The notes below the pieces were generated by a model. The model searched no databases and was not told the origin of the DNA. It saw nothing but the letters and a program-made list of their open reading frames with translations. A stretch of 64,000 nucleotides of DNA, taken from a bacterium (GTDB taxonomy: Bacteria; Electryoneota; Electryoneia; Electryoneales; Electryoneaceae). The stretch spans positions 2,656,001 to 2,720,000 of the forward strand of contig CAXXKJ010000002.1 in NCBI GenBank assembly GCA_963675295.2, given 5' to 3'. This document shows, piece by piece, positions 47,623 to 57,269 of the stretch (positions are counted from its first letter, which is position 1; every line of letters begins with the position of its first letter). Made by a program: the position numbers and the translations under genes.

Positions 47623-48225
47623 TTATGACTCCCGGAGTATTTTCAGCTTCTTCTGCAGACGCGCTCGACCCCTGTTAACTCGGGATTTAATCGTGCCAAT
47701 CGGCACATCGAGAATCTCTGCGATTTCCTCGTAACTCTTGTTTTCGAGGTCACGCAGGATGACGGCCGCGCGGTACGCATCGGGCAGTTTCTGGATCTCG
47801 TGATTGACCATCCGCCGGATCTCGTTCCGCCGCGCGAGCTCGTCCGTGGCGGGACCGGAATCTTCCACGTCGATAGATTCGTCCTCGGGATTTTCCCCGC
47901 CGGTACGGATCGGAACCATGCGGCGAATCTTGCGGCGGCGCAGCTCGGTCTTCGACAGGTTCCCGGCGATGGTGTACACCCAGGTCGAGAACTTGGCGAC
48001 GGTTTTGTAGTGGTGACGATGCTTCCACACCCGGATGTACGTTTCCTGCAGCACATCCTGGTTGTGGTTGCCGGGACCGAGAAAGCGGGCGATAAAGGTC
48101 AGCAGCGGATGCTGATACCGTTCGACAAGATTCTCGAACGCGATCACATCATCCTGCTGCACCAGCGCCATCAACTCTTCGTCTGTCTGGTCCGTATAAC
48201 TGATCTCGGAGGAATTCTCCGCCAT
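47623..48225 (-). CDS. ECF RNA polymerase sigma factor (RpoE/SigW-like)
   Basis: AFENLVERYQ, DVLQETY, KFSTWVYTIAGN, and region 4 SYEEIAEILDVPIGTIKSRVNRGR. Confidence 0.93.
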   Translation of the reverse strand: MAENSSEISYTDQTDEELMALVQQDDVIAFENLVERYQHPLLTFIARFLGPGNHNQDVLQETYIRVWKHRHHYKTVAKFSTWVYTIAGNLSKTELRRRKIRRMVPIRTGGENPEDESIDVEDSGPATDELARRNEIRRMVNHEIQKLPDAYRAAVILRDLENKSYEEIAEILDVPIGTIKSRVNRGRARLQKKLKILRES

Positions 48226-49238
48226 CACTGGGCTTCCTTCCGATCGAGTGAAATGTTGTGCACAAAAGCGGCGAACCCGATCTCGTCATCAAAACTGCGC
48301 GTCTTGCGCGCGCGATCGAGTTCGAGCATTCGCTTCAGCTGGTTGTCCGCATAGTCCCAAGGCAGCGGTTTCACGCTGTTGTTCATCATCTGCCACTGGC
48401 GCTTGGTGTTTCCGGACCACTTGCGCTCACCCGGAGGCGTGCGTTTCTGGTCGTACAGCCGTTCTTTTACAATCATCCGCCAGCGTCGCGCAATCTGCGA
48501 GAAGAAAAAACCGCTCTGCTGGCTGAGGTGATCCTTCAACAATTCGACCTCACGCAGAGCAACCAACCGGTCCCCGGCCGCGACATGGTCGAAGAAACTC
48601 CAGATGTTCACTTCTTCTTCGATGCCCCAGACCCGCTGCAGAATTTCTGGAGTAATCGTCTCTCCTTCTTCAATCAGGAGCGACGCCTTCAGCAGCTCGC
48701 CGTGCAGTTCAATCAATCGTCCGCCGGAATCAGCCAGCAGGTCGAGCGCTGCGTCGTCGATGTGTACACCGAAGCGTTCAGCCGCTTTCGCCGCCCAGGC
48801 GGTCAACGCCTTGCCGCGTGGCGTTGTGCAGTCGACGACATCCACCATCCCGGCCAGTTTCTTGATCCAGGCAGCCTTGCCGTCCGAATTGATCAGCAGC
48901 AGCAAGAGTGTGCTGTCGACGGGATTCGCGGCGTAGTCAGAGAGATATTTCTGTACTGTCGGGACCACGGCGTCGGCACGCTTGACGACCACGACCCGCT
49001 GTTCCGCCATCATCGGCAACGCGGACAACGCGGGCGCCAGCTCACGGACGTCCAGTCCGTCGCCGTAGAGCACGTCAAGGTTGAAGTCGCGGGTTGTTTC
49101 GTCCGGTACAGCGCGAGCGGCTCGTTCCACGTGATCCAGCAGCAACGGTTCGTCGCCGAGTGCGACGCACACCGGCCCGACTCCACCGTTGGCGGCGAGT
49201 TTCGCAAAGTCCGCGGCTCTGATCTTCCGTGGTGGCAC
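48225..49238 (-). CDS. holA: DNA polymerase III subunit delta
   Basis: GDEPLL, DFNLDVLYG, LPMMAEQRVVVVKRAD and ELLK; size is consistent. GTG start after GGAGAGG. Confidence 0.85.
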   Translation of the reverse strand: MPPRKIRAADFAKLAANGGVGPVCVALGDEPLLLDHVERAARAVPDETTRDFNLDVLYGDGLDVRELAPALSALPMMAEQRVVVVKRADAVVPTVQKYLSDYAANPVDSTLLLLLINSDGKAAWIKKLAGMVDVVDCTTPRGKALTAWAAKAAERFGVHIDDAALDLLADSGGRLIELHGELLKASLLIEEGETITPEILQRVWGIEEEVNIWSFFDHVAAGDRLVALREVELLKDHLSQQSGFFFSQIARRWRMIVKERLYDQKRTPPGERKWSGNTKRQWQMMNNSVKPLPWDYADNQLKRMLELDRARKTRSFDDEIGFAAFVHNISLDRKEAQ

Positions 49239-49318
49239 AACCTCTCCCTGGTGTGGCTGGTCTTCGTCTACCCTAAAAAAGCACGCCAGAGGCACCCGGC
49301 GCAACGAATCCAGCGAGT

Positions 49319-51103
49319 TTACGCGACCCGGCGGTACTGCAGTTCAAACAGTCGCCAGTAGATCCCCTTCTGTGCGAGCAATTCGGCGTGACTTCCCATT
49401 TCCCGCAGGGTGCCCTTGTGCATGACAAGGATCTTGTCCGCACGCTGGACGGTGCTGAGGCGATGCGCGACAATGATCGACGTTCGCCCTTTCATCATCA
49501 CCTCGAGCGCGTCCTGAATGTACGCTTCCGTTTCCGGGTCGACCGAACTGGTGGCTTCGTCGAGCACCAGCACCTTAGGATTGCGCACCATCGCCCGGGC
49601 GAAGGATAACAACTGCCGCTGCCCGGTGGAGAGCGTACCTCCGCGCTCGGTGACCTCTTCGTCGTACCCGTTCGGCAGCCGCTGGATGAACGAGTCGGCA
49701 TGGACCTGCTTCGCGGCGTGTTGGACTTGCTCGTCTGTGAACTCATCGCCGAGGGTGATGTTGTCCCGGATCGTCCCGCTGAACAGGAAAATGTCCTGGC
49801 TGACGTAGGCGATATTCCGCAGCAGATCGTCCCGGCGCAAGTCGCGGACATCGTGCCCGTCCATCCGGATCGCGCCGTCGCTGACATCGTAGAATCGGCC
49901 GATCAGGTTGATGATGGTGGTTTTACCTGCCCCGGTCGCGCCGACAATCGCCGCTGTTTCGCCGGGCTCAATGGTGAAGTCGACGCCCTTGAGGACTTCG
50001 TCGTCGTCTGGATTATACCGGAAGCGAACGTTGTCGAATTCGATCTTACCGTTGAGTGACTCAATCGAGATTGGGTTTTCACCGTCCTCGATCGCGGGCT
50101 CTGTGTCGAGCAGGTTGAATACACGTTCAGCGGACGCCATCCCGGCCTGGAAGATGTTCCACTTTTCCGCCAGGTCGCGGATCGGCCGGAAGAATCGTTC
50201 GGCGTATTGCAGGAATGCGACGAGCGTCCCGATGGTGATCGCGCCGTCCAGCGTCAAGTTGCCGCCGCGCAGAATGACCAGTGCCACCGCCACCGCGCCG
50301 AGAACCTCGAGGATCGGGAAGAAGACGCTGAACAGGTTGACGGTTCGGAGATGGTCCTGCCGCAGGTGGTCGTTAACTCCGGAGAACCCGTCCGCAGTCG
50401 CCTTTTCATGATTGAACAGCTGCACGATACGTACGCCGCTCAGATGTTCCTGCAAATAGGAGTTGACCGCCGCGGTCTGGACACGAACATCCCGGAAGAC
50501 ATCCCGCAGCCGTCCCCGGAACGAAAACGTCGCCCACACCACCAGCGGCACCACGGCCACCGCGACAACCGCCAGTTGCCAATTGAGCAGCAGCATTGCG
50601 ACGATGATCCCGATCAGCATGAACATGTCGCCGAAGACGACGACCACGCCGGACGAGAAGATCTCGCTCAGGGTTTGCACGTCGTTCGTATTGCGTGTCA
50701 CCAGCCGCCCAACCGGATTACGGTCAAAAAAGCTGAGTGTTTGGCGTTGCAGATGGGTAAACACTTCGCGGCGAATGTCGAACATCACCTTCTCGCCGAC
50801 CCAGCCGGTTATCACCGCCTGTCCGACACGCGCAAAGGCCAGCGTGACGTAGAGCCCGAGGAACATCACAACGATGCCGATCAGGCCCTGAAAATCGCCG
50901 GGAACGATGTACTTGTCCAGCGCGACCTTGGTCAGGTACGGACCGAGCTGTTCAGCGCCGGCGATGATCAGTAACAGGATCACGCTGATGACAACTTTTA
51001 CCCGGTATGGCCTGAGGTATTTCAGCAACCGGTTAACCAGTCGCGGTTCGAAGACGACGCCGAGGCTTTCCTCGTCGTGAATGGAGCGCATCCTTCCGCT
51101 CAT
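49319..51103 (-). CDS. ABC exporter subunit (fused TMD + NBD), MdlB-like
   Basis: FFDRNPVGRLVTR, Walker A GATGAGKTT, degenerate signature LSTGQRQ and Walker B LVLDEAT. Confidence 0.92.
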   Translation of the reverse strand: MSGRMRSIHDEESLGVVFEPRLVNRLLKYLRPYRVKVVISVILLLIIAGAEQLGPYLTKVALDKYIVPGDFQGLIGIVVMFLGLYVTLAFARVGQAVITGWVGEKVMFDIRREVFTHLQRQTLSFFDRNPVGRLVTRNTNDVQTLSEIFSSGVVVVFGDMFMLIGIIVAMLLLNWQLAVVAVAVVPLVVWATFSFRGRLRDVFRDVRVQTAAVNSYLQEHLSGVRIVQLFNHEKATADGFSGVNDHLRQDHLRTVNLFSVFFPILEVLGAVAVALVILRGGNLTLDGAITIGTLVAFLQYAERFFRPIRDLAEKWNIFQAGMASAERVFNLLDTEPAIEDGENPISIESLNGKIEFDNVRFRYNPDDDEVLKGVDFTIEPGETAAIVGATGAGKTTIINLIGRFYDVSDGAIRMDGHDVRDLRRDDLLRNIAYVSQDIFLFSGTIRDNITLGDEFTDEQVQHAAKQVHADSFIQRLPNGYDEEVTERGGTLSTGQRQLLSFARAMVRNPKVLVLDEATSSVDPETEAYIQDALEVMMKGRTSIIVAHRLSTVQRADKILVMHKGTLREMGSHAELLAQKGIYWRLFELQYRRVA

Positions 51104-52845
51104 GCGGCCTCCAGTTCGCTGGCCATCTTCTGGCGTTGGAAGAGGTCGGCGTACACTCCGCCCTGCTTGATCAGGTCGGCGTGTTTGCCCCGTTCAGCGA
51201 TGGTGCCGTCGTCCAGTACGATAATCTCGTCGGCGGCCTGCACGCTGGAGGTGCGATGCGTGATGATGATCGCGGTACGGCCTTCGATGTACGTGTTGAG
51301 GTTGTTAAGGATCAGCTCCTCGGTGGAGGCATCAACAGCGCTGAGCGCGTCGTCAAAAATCAGCAGTTCGCTGTCTCGAATGACCGCGCGCGCGATGGCG
51401 ACACGTTGCTTCTGCCCACCGGAAAGGGTGATTCCGCGTTCGCCGACCTCGGTATCAAGTCCGTTCGGGAAATCGTCAAGGTCCTGCACCAATCGGCTGA
51501 TTTCGACGGCCCGGTCGATATCTTCATCGGTATAGTTGCCGCCTAGACGGATGTTGTCGCGAATTGATGTACTGAACAGGAGCGGGTCCTGCGGCACGAT
51601 GGCGATCCGCTTGCGTAGATCGTCCTTCCGCCAGTTGCGGATGTCCACCCCATTGACCATCACCGATCCGTCGCTGGTATCATAAAGTCGTGTGATCAGC
51701 GAGGCGATGGTGCTCTTGCCCGAACCGACACGCCCAACAATGCCCAGCAGTTTGCCCGGCTCAAGGTCGAAGCCGATGCCGCGCAGCGCCGGGGTTTCCG
51801 CCTTCGGATAGGTGAAGGTGACGTTGTCGAAACGGACCGAGGCGTTTGTCTGCCGCGGCGGAGTGTGATCGTCATCGGGATCCACCAGGCTGCTGCGATG
51901 ATCGAGCAGCTCGTGGATGCGGTCGAGGGAGGCGCGCCCGCGCTGAATCAATCCTACAACCCAGCCGATGGATACCATCGGCCAGGTCAGGATCATCAGG
52001 TAGCCTGTGAACGCGACGTAATCGCCGACACGCAAAGTGCCCTGGATGATGTACCAACCGCCGACGAGCATGATCGCGGCGACCGCGACACCGAACAGCA
52101 GCATGATCAGTGGCATGAACGCGCCCTGGAACAGAACCAGCTTCATTTTCTTGTCGAGCAGATCCTGGCTCTGGTCGCCGAAACGTTTCTTCTGATCGTC
52201 CTGCTGCAGGAAGGCTTTGACGATGCGAATGCCGGAGAGGTTCTCCTGAACCAGCGCGGAAAGGTCGGAGAAGGCTGCCTGGCTCTCCGTGGACGTCTTG
52301 TGCACCATCCGCCCGAGGAAAAAGACCATCACCGCCACGACTGGACCGATCACCAGCACGATCAGGGTCAACGGCACGCTGATGGTGAACATCAGCACCA
52401 TGGCAAAGAGGAAACCAAAGATGGTGTTGACGGAGTACATCAGAGCGGGACCGAGTACCATGCGGACCTGTTCGATATCGCTGGTCGACCGGGTCATCAG
52501 GTCGCCGATGCGACTGCGGTCGTAGAAGGCCGGGTCGAGCACCAGTAGATGTTCGAACAGTTTCTGCCGCATATCGTACTCGATGTGGCGGCTTACGCTG
52601 ATGATTTTCTTGCGCATCAGCAGGGTGAAGAAGCCGGACCCGATCGCGACGGCGAGAATCAGTCCTCCGAGCTGCCACAGGTGTGACGCCGGAATGCCGG
52701 ACTCGATTTCGTTCACCGACATGCGCAAGACCCATGGGCTGAACACCTTGAACACGTTCGCCATGACAACGAACGCGAGCCCGAGCAACGTCGCGGTGCG
52801 GTATGGCCGGTAGTAGGGAGCTACTTTTCGTATCAGATCGATCAT
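51100..52845 (-). CDS. ABC exporter subunit (fused TMD + NBD), MdlA-like
   Basis: GDLMTR, GRVGSGKST, LSGGQKQR and degenerate Walker B IFDDALSAVD; heterodimer partner of the downstream gene. Confidence 0.92.
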   Translation of the reverse strand: MIDLIRKVAPYYRPYRTATLLGLAFVVMANVFKVFSPWVLRMSVNEIESGIPASHLWQLGGLILAVAIGSGFFTLLMRKKIISVSRHIEYDMRQKLFEHLLVLDPAFYDRSRIGDLMTRSTSDIEQVRMVLGPALMYSVNTIFGFLFAMVLMFTISVPLTLIVLVIGPVVAVMVFFLGRMVHKTSTESQAAFSDLSALVQENLSGIRIVKAFLQQDDQKKRFGDQSQDLLDKKMKLVLFQGAFMPLIMLLFGVAVAAIMLVGGWYIIQGTLRVGDYVAFTGYLMILTWPMVSIGWVVGLIQRGRASLDRIHELLDHRSSLVDPDDDHTPPRQTNASVRFDNVTFTYPKAETPALRGIGFDLEPGKLLGIVGRVGSGKSTIASLITRLYDTSDGSVMVNGVDIRNWRKDDLRKRIAIVPQDPLLFSTSIRDNIRLGGNYTDEDIDRAVEISRLVQDLDDFPNGLDTEVGERGITLSGGQKQRVAIARAVIRDSELLIFDDALSAVDASTEELILNNLNTYIEGRTAIIITHRTSSVQAADEIIVLDDGTIAERGKHADLIKQGGVYADLFQRQKMASELEAA

Positions 52846-52928
52846 GTGCGTCTATCAGAAATCGCTGAGGGCGAATTGGGTGGGCAATTCCGGAACCGCC
52901 CGTCCTGTGGACTGCAAATGTTGCCCAA

Positions 52929-52958
52929 AGCATACGTTCGCCAGCCACTGGCTCGCAA
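52929..52958 (-). promoter_or_regulatory. sigma70-like promoter for the ABC exporter operon
   Basis: TTGCGA-N18-TATGCT on the minus strand. Confidence 0.45.
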
Positions 52959-53091
52959 AAGGAAACTGTTTACCTTAAGAGCGATCAGGGCAAGCCTGTA
53001 CTCGAGTATGGCGAGTCCCTATATTGGGCTGGATGTGTGAATTGGATGAACGACCGGCGCATCTGATGCTTCGCCGGTTGTTGCCGTTTGA

Positions 53092-54264
53092 TTGGAGAGG
53101 GAAACGTTGCTGAACGGTTACAAGGCTGTGTACGGATCGCTGGTGGCCTTTGCCACGGCAGGACTGCTGCGTCTGCGTAAACGTCCGCTGGTTTCAGTGG
53201 ATCAACCAGACCTGCCGCGAATCTCGGTAATTGTCGCCGCACGCAATGAGGAGAAGCAGCTGCCCGCATTGATGGATGCTCTGGCGGCACAGGAATACGC
53301 GAAGGATCGCGTCGATTTCTGGATCGTCGACGATCACTCCTCAGACAACACGCTCTCGCTGGCGTTGACCGTGGCACGGCAGGACCGCCGCTTCCACGTA
53401 ATCTCCTCCAATCCGACTTTGCCGATCGAGTCGCCGAAGAAACGCGCGTTGTACACCGCGATCCGCCGTTGCGAGGGCGAATGGGTGGTGTTCACCGACG
53501 CCGACTGTATTCCCGGCCCGCGCTGGCTGCGCTCGCTGGCGGCGTACATGACGGACAAGACCGGGATCGTGCTTGGGTACGCTCCGCTGACGAAGCCGAA
53601 CGGCCTGATGCAGTGGCTGGCGGAAGGCGAGAGTTACAGCGCGGCGACCCTCTGTGCCGCCGGTGTCGGCCTTGGGTTCCCGTTCAATGCCTTTGGGCGA
53701 AACTTTGCTGCTCGCCGCCGTCTGTATCTCGATATGGGCGGATTTGGCGCGGATGGTCGCTACGCCTCCGGCGACGATGATTTGTTCCTGCAACGTGTCG
53801 CTGCCCGTACTGACTGGAAGGTCGCGTTCGCCTCGAATCCGGAGGCGAAAGTCGAGTCTGTGATGCGTCCCGACGACGATATCATCCAGAACAAATCCAG
53901 GCACTTGTCAGTTGGACCACGCTATGCTCCCGGCTGGGTGATTATCGGCTTTATCGGATCGGCGTTGTATCTCGGCCTCGGAGTGATCACCTTATTATCG
54001 TTGTTCCGGATCGTACCATTCCGCGCGGTGCGTGACGCGTGGCTGTTCAAGACCGCGGCGGACACGGTGCTCGCGGGCACCGCACTGCGCGTGTTGCGCG
54101 ACCCGAAACGTATGCTTCAGGCACTGGTGGCAATGACGACCGCTCCGTTCATCATGTGGGTGTTGTGGCCGAAAGCGTTATTCGGCAAACTCCAGTGGAA
54201 GGGACGCACCATCCGCCGTGCCCAGACGATCGAAATGGAACCCGCCACCGCGGATGAGTTCTAA
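53092..54264 (+). CDS. Glycosyltransferase family 2, membrane-bound
   Basis: SVIVAARNEE, VDDHSSD, PKK, FTDADC, GRNFA, SGDDDL and C-terminal TMs. Confidence 0.88.
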   Translation: MERETLLNGYKAVYGSLVAFATAGLLRLRKRPLVSVDQPDLPRISVIVAARNEEKQLPALMDALAAQEYAKDRVDFWIVDDHSSDNTLSLALTVARQDRRFHVISSNPTLPIESPKKRALYTAIRRCEGEWVVFTDADCIPGPRWLRSLAAYMTDKTGIVLGYAPLTKPNGLMQWLAEGESYSAATLCAAGVGLGFPFNAFGRNFAARRRLYLDMGGFGADGRYASGDDDLFLQRVAARTDWKVAFASNPEAKVESVMRPDDDIIQNKSRHLSVGPRYAPGWVIIGFIGSALYLGLGVITLLSLFRIVPFRAVRDAWLFKTAADTVLAGTALRVLRDPKRMLQALVAMTTAPFIMWVLWPKALFGKLQWKGRTIRRAQTIEMEPATADEF

Positions 54265-55342
54265 ACTGCCAACAGAACACTCCCCTGCTTCATCCGAGGC
54301 GGAGGTGATTACCTCGGCGGCTGCCGCCGAGGAAACCCTCTGGCTGCCTCCGGAACCGGTGCGCCGTCGCTGGTCGACGTGGATTGTTCACGGTCTCAAG
54401 GCCGTGGTTGCCATCGGTCTGATCGGACTGCTGGTGCACACGATCCAGATCGCCGCGATCGAGCAGGCGATCTCCGGCGCGAATCCGCTATGGATTCTCG
54501 GCGCGTTGCTACTCCTCCCCGCCAATCTGTATCTGCAGGTGAAACGCTGGCAGACGGCGATCCACGCCGAGATGCCGGAGGTGACGGTCAAGCAGGCGCT
54601 CACCAGCTTTCTCGGCGGTGCGTCGATGGGTATCATCACCCCGGGGCGTGTTGGCGAAATCGGCCGTGTGTTTCTGTTGAATCCGAAGTCGCGTGTCCGT
54701 CTGGCCGGACTGCATGTGCTCGACAAACTGTACTTCATGGCCGCGCTGGCCTGCTTTGGCCCGGCGCTGGTTTATTTCATGCCGGGGTTCAGCGAACATT
54801 TGCATCAGAATCTGCAACTGCCGCTGCTGATCGCGACCTTGATCCTGCCGTTGTTCTTCGTCGTGTTTTCACTGACCCCGGATCCCTTGCGCAGCCTGCT
54901 GGTGTTGATTCGCAAAGGTGACCGGTTCAAGGGGTCGTTGAACGACTTGCTGCACGCGTTGGATCAGGTTCGCGCACGTGATAGCCGCGTCATGGCTGGG
55001 TTGACGGTCGCACAGTTCGGTGTTATCCTGACTCAGTTCTACCTGCTCAGCAGTGCGTTCCAGGCGGTCAAGTGGGTTACGGCGGCGCATACGTACGTCG
55101 CGACCCTGTTTGTCAAATCACTGTTGCCGATTTCGCTCGGCGACCTTGGTGTCAGCGAATGGGCGGCGGTATCGTTTTATCAGCGATTCGGCATCGCCGA
55201 CACGACGGCGTTCAGCGCATCGCTGCTGATTTTCACGATCAACATCCTGATCCCGGCAATTGCGGGCATTTTCGTGCTGCAACGGGTGAAGGCGACGAAT
55301 GTGTTCGGGCGGGTGGCGAAACGCATCCGGGGGAAAGCGTGA
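54254..55342 (+). CDS. Lysylphosphatidylglycerol synthase TM / UPF0104 flippase-like protein
   Basis: KRW, ITPGRVGEIGR, DK and LPISLGDLGVSE motifs; many TMs. Confidence 0.82.
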   Translation: MSSKLPTEHSPASSEAEVITSAAAAEETLWLPPEPVRRRWSTWIVHGLKAVVAIGLIGLLVHTIQIAAIEQAISGANPLWILGALLLLPANLYLQVKRWQTAIHAEMPEVTVKQALTSFLGGASMGIITPGRVGEIGRVFLLNPKSRVRLAGLHVLDKLYFMAALACFGPALVYFMPGFSEHLHQNLQLPLLIATLILPLFFVVFSLTPDPLRSLLVLIRKGDRFKGSLNDLLHALDQVRARDSRVMAGLTVAQFGVILTQFYLLSSAFQAVKWVTAAHTYVATLFVKSLLPISLGDLGVSEWAAVSFYQRFGIADTTAFSASLLIFTINILIPAIAGIFVLQRVKATNVFGRVAKRIRGKA

Positions 55343-56532
55343 TCGCATTTTACGCGCTCACATGGGTTGCGTGGCTGATTTACTTTGCGTTCATGGTCAT
55401 CGTGTACGTGGGCTTGAGACGTATGCCCCGCACGGAGATCGTGCGTGACGACGACCAGCTCCCCACCGCCACGATTGTCGTTGCCGCCCGGGATGAGGAA
55501 ACCCGTATCGGCCAACTGCTTGACAGCCTTGAGGCGCAGGATTACCCCCGTGATAAGTTTGAAGTGATCGTTGTCGACGACCGCAGCACCGACATGACCG
55601 GCGACTTGGTCCGTAAACGGAACGGCAACGGCATGCGCTACCGGGTGATCCGCATCCGTGACGGCGAGAATCAGGGCCGTGCGCCGAAGAAATTTGCCCT
55701 CTCGCGTGGAATCGCATTGGCGACGGGCGAGGTCATTGTCACCACCGACGCCGACTGCTGGATGGGACCGTTATGGTTGCGGACGTTGTTGTCGCCGTTC
55801 CTTGACGAAGCGGTGCAGGGCGTCTCCGGTGTCAGCCGGTTCATTCGTTCCAGCGATCAGCCGAAACCGTGGTGGTCGGAGCTGGAAAGCCTCGAACACC
55901 TCAGCTACTCGGTGATGGCCGCCGGCTCGATCGCGGCGGGTCATGTCACCAACGCACACGGCTCCAACCTCGCAGCGCGACGCAGTGCGTATGAACGCAT
56001 CGGCGGCTACGAATCCAACGCGAATGTCACCTCCGGTGACGACGTCTTTCTGCTGCAGGACATCGTCAAGAATGGCGGAGAAGTTCGGTTCGTCGAACGA
56101 CAGGAAGCGTATGTCTTCAGTCATCCGGTCGATAATGCGCGCGAGTGGGTCAACCAGCGGGCGCGTTGGAGTTCAAAAGGCTTCTATTATCCGCCGTTCC
56201 TGATGTTCCTCGTGGTTGGCACCTTCTTCTACTACCTGATGGTCGCGTTATCGCTGCCGTTTGCCCTGTTCGGACGTGTCGCGCCGGGCATGGCGGCATT
56301 GCTGGTGATGTCGAAGCTAAGCACCGAATCGTTTATCATGAAGTTCGGGATGGAACGATTCCAGGAACGATTCCCGACGTGGAAGTTTTTCCTCACGCAA
56401 TTGATCCATGCTCCCGCGATCTTCTTCGCCGGTTTCAAGGGCCAGTTCTTCAAGTTCACCTGGAAGAATCAGTCCTTCGGCGGCAAGACAACTCGTGAGG
56501 CCCGTCGCCAAGCCAGCGGAAAGGCCGCCTGA
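55339..56532 (+). CDS. Glycosyltransferase family 2, membrane-bound
   Basis: VAARDEE, VDDRSTD, PKK, TTDADC, GSNLA, SGDD and QRARW (QxxRW). Confidence 0.9.
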   Translation: MIAFYALTWVAWLIYFAFMVIVYVGLRRMPRTEIVRDDDQLPTATIVVAARDEETRIGQLLDSLEAQDYPRDKFEVIVVDDRSTDMTGDLVRKRNGNGMRYRVIRIRDGENQGRAPKKFALSRGIALATGEVIVTTDADCWMGPLWLRTLLSPFLDEAVQGVSGVSRFIRSSDQPKPWWSELESLEHLSYSVMAAGSIAAGHVTNAHGSNLAARRSAYERIGGYESNANVTSGDDVFLLQDIVKNGGEVRFVERQEAYVFSHPVDNAREWVNQRARWSSKGFYYPPFLMFLVVGTFFYYLMVALSLPFALFGRVAPGMAALLVMSKLSTESFIMKFGMERFQERFPTWKFFLTQLIHAPAIFFAGFKGQFFKFTWKNQSFGGKTTREARRQASGKAA

Positions 56533-57269
56533 TGTTATCGCCCGCCGCCATTCCGGCTCGCTGGCGTGACGTGAACGACTTTGTACGGCTCGGCGGCCCG
56601 GTATTACGCACTCATCCCCTGCTCGAACAGTTGTTCCCGGATGTTATTTGGGGCATGCCCGATCCCGTTTCCAGTTGCCCGATCCATCTGACATTTGACG
56701 ACGGCCCCGACCCGAAGGGCACACCGCGTATTTTGGACGTGCTCGCGCGTCACGACGTTCCAGCGACATTTTTCCTCAGCGGTTCCGGTGTCGTTGCTGA
56801 ACCAAACCTGGTAGACGAGATCCTTGCAGCCGGGCATCGTATCGGGTACCATGGCCTCAGCCACGACACGTGGTGGTTCCGCACACGCACCCGCCGTGAT
56901 GTCGAAATGGACCCGTCGATCATCTCGCATCTGGACGGCAACCCGTTTGACGGGCCACGGAAACCGTTGCTGTTGCGCGCTCCGTATGGCAGGATTGACT
57001 TCGCGACGTTGGCGAGCGCCGATCGTTTGAATGCGCAACTGGTGCACTGGCGGCTGACGATCCGCGACTGGATGGAAGATGTCCCCGCCTCGACGTTGGC
57101 TCGCATGCTCTATCGTTACGCTCATCCGGGTGACATACTCTTACTTCATGACGGCGGCCCGAACACACGCGAGCTGGCCAGAGCGCTGGATCTTGTCATT
57201 CCGGCGTGGAAACGCACAGGCATGAAGCTGAAATCCATCGAAACCTTCCTGGACTCGTTCAGAATATGA
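56532..57269 (+). CDS. Polysaccharide deacetylase (CE4/NodB)
   Basis: LTFDDGP, HGLSH, RAPYG, DW and LLHD motifs. Confidence 0.9.
   Translation: MLSPAAIPARWRDVNDFVRLGGPVLRTHPLLEQLFPDVIWGMPDPVSSCPIHLTFDDGPDPKGTPRILDVLARHDVPATFFLSGSGVVAEPNLVDEILAAGHRIGYHGLSHDTWWFRTRTRRDVEMDPSIISHLDGNPFDGPRKPLLLRAPYGRIDFATLASADRLNAQLVHWRLTIRDWMEDVPASTLARMLYRYAHPGDILLLHDGGPNTRELARALDLVIPAWKRTGMKLKSIETFLDSFRI

Noticed and set aside
51872-52948. 358-aa alternate-frame ORF within the ABC exporter gene
   Set aside because: Same-strand off-frame ORF, Arg/Pro-rich; the primary frame is intact, so there is no sign of a frameshift.
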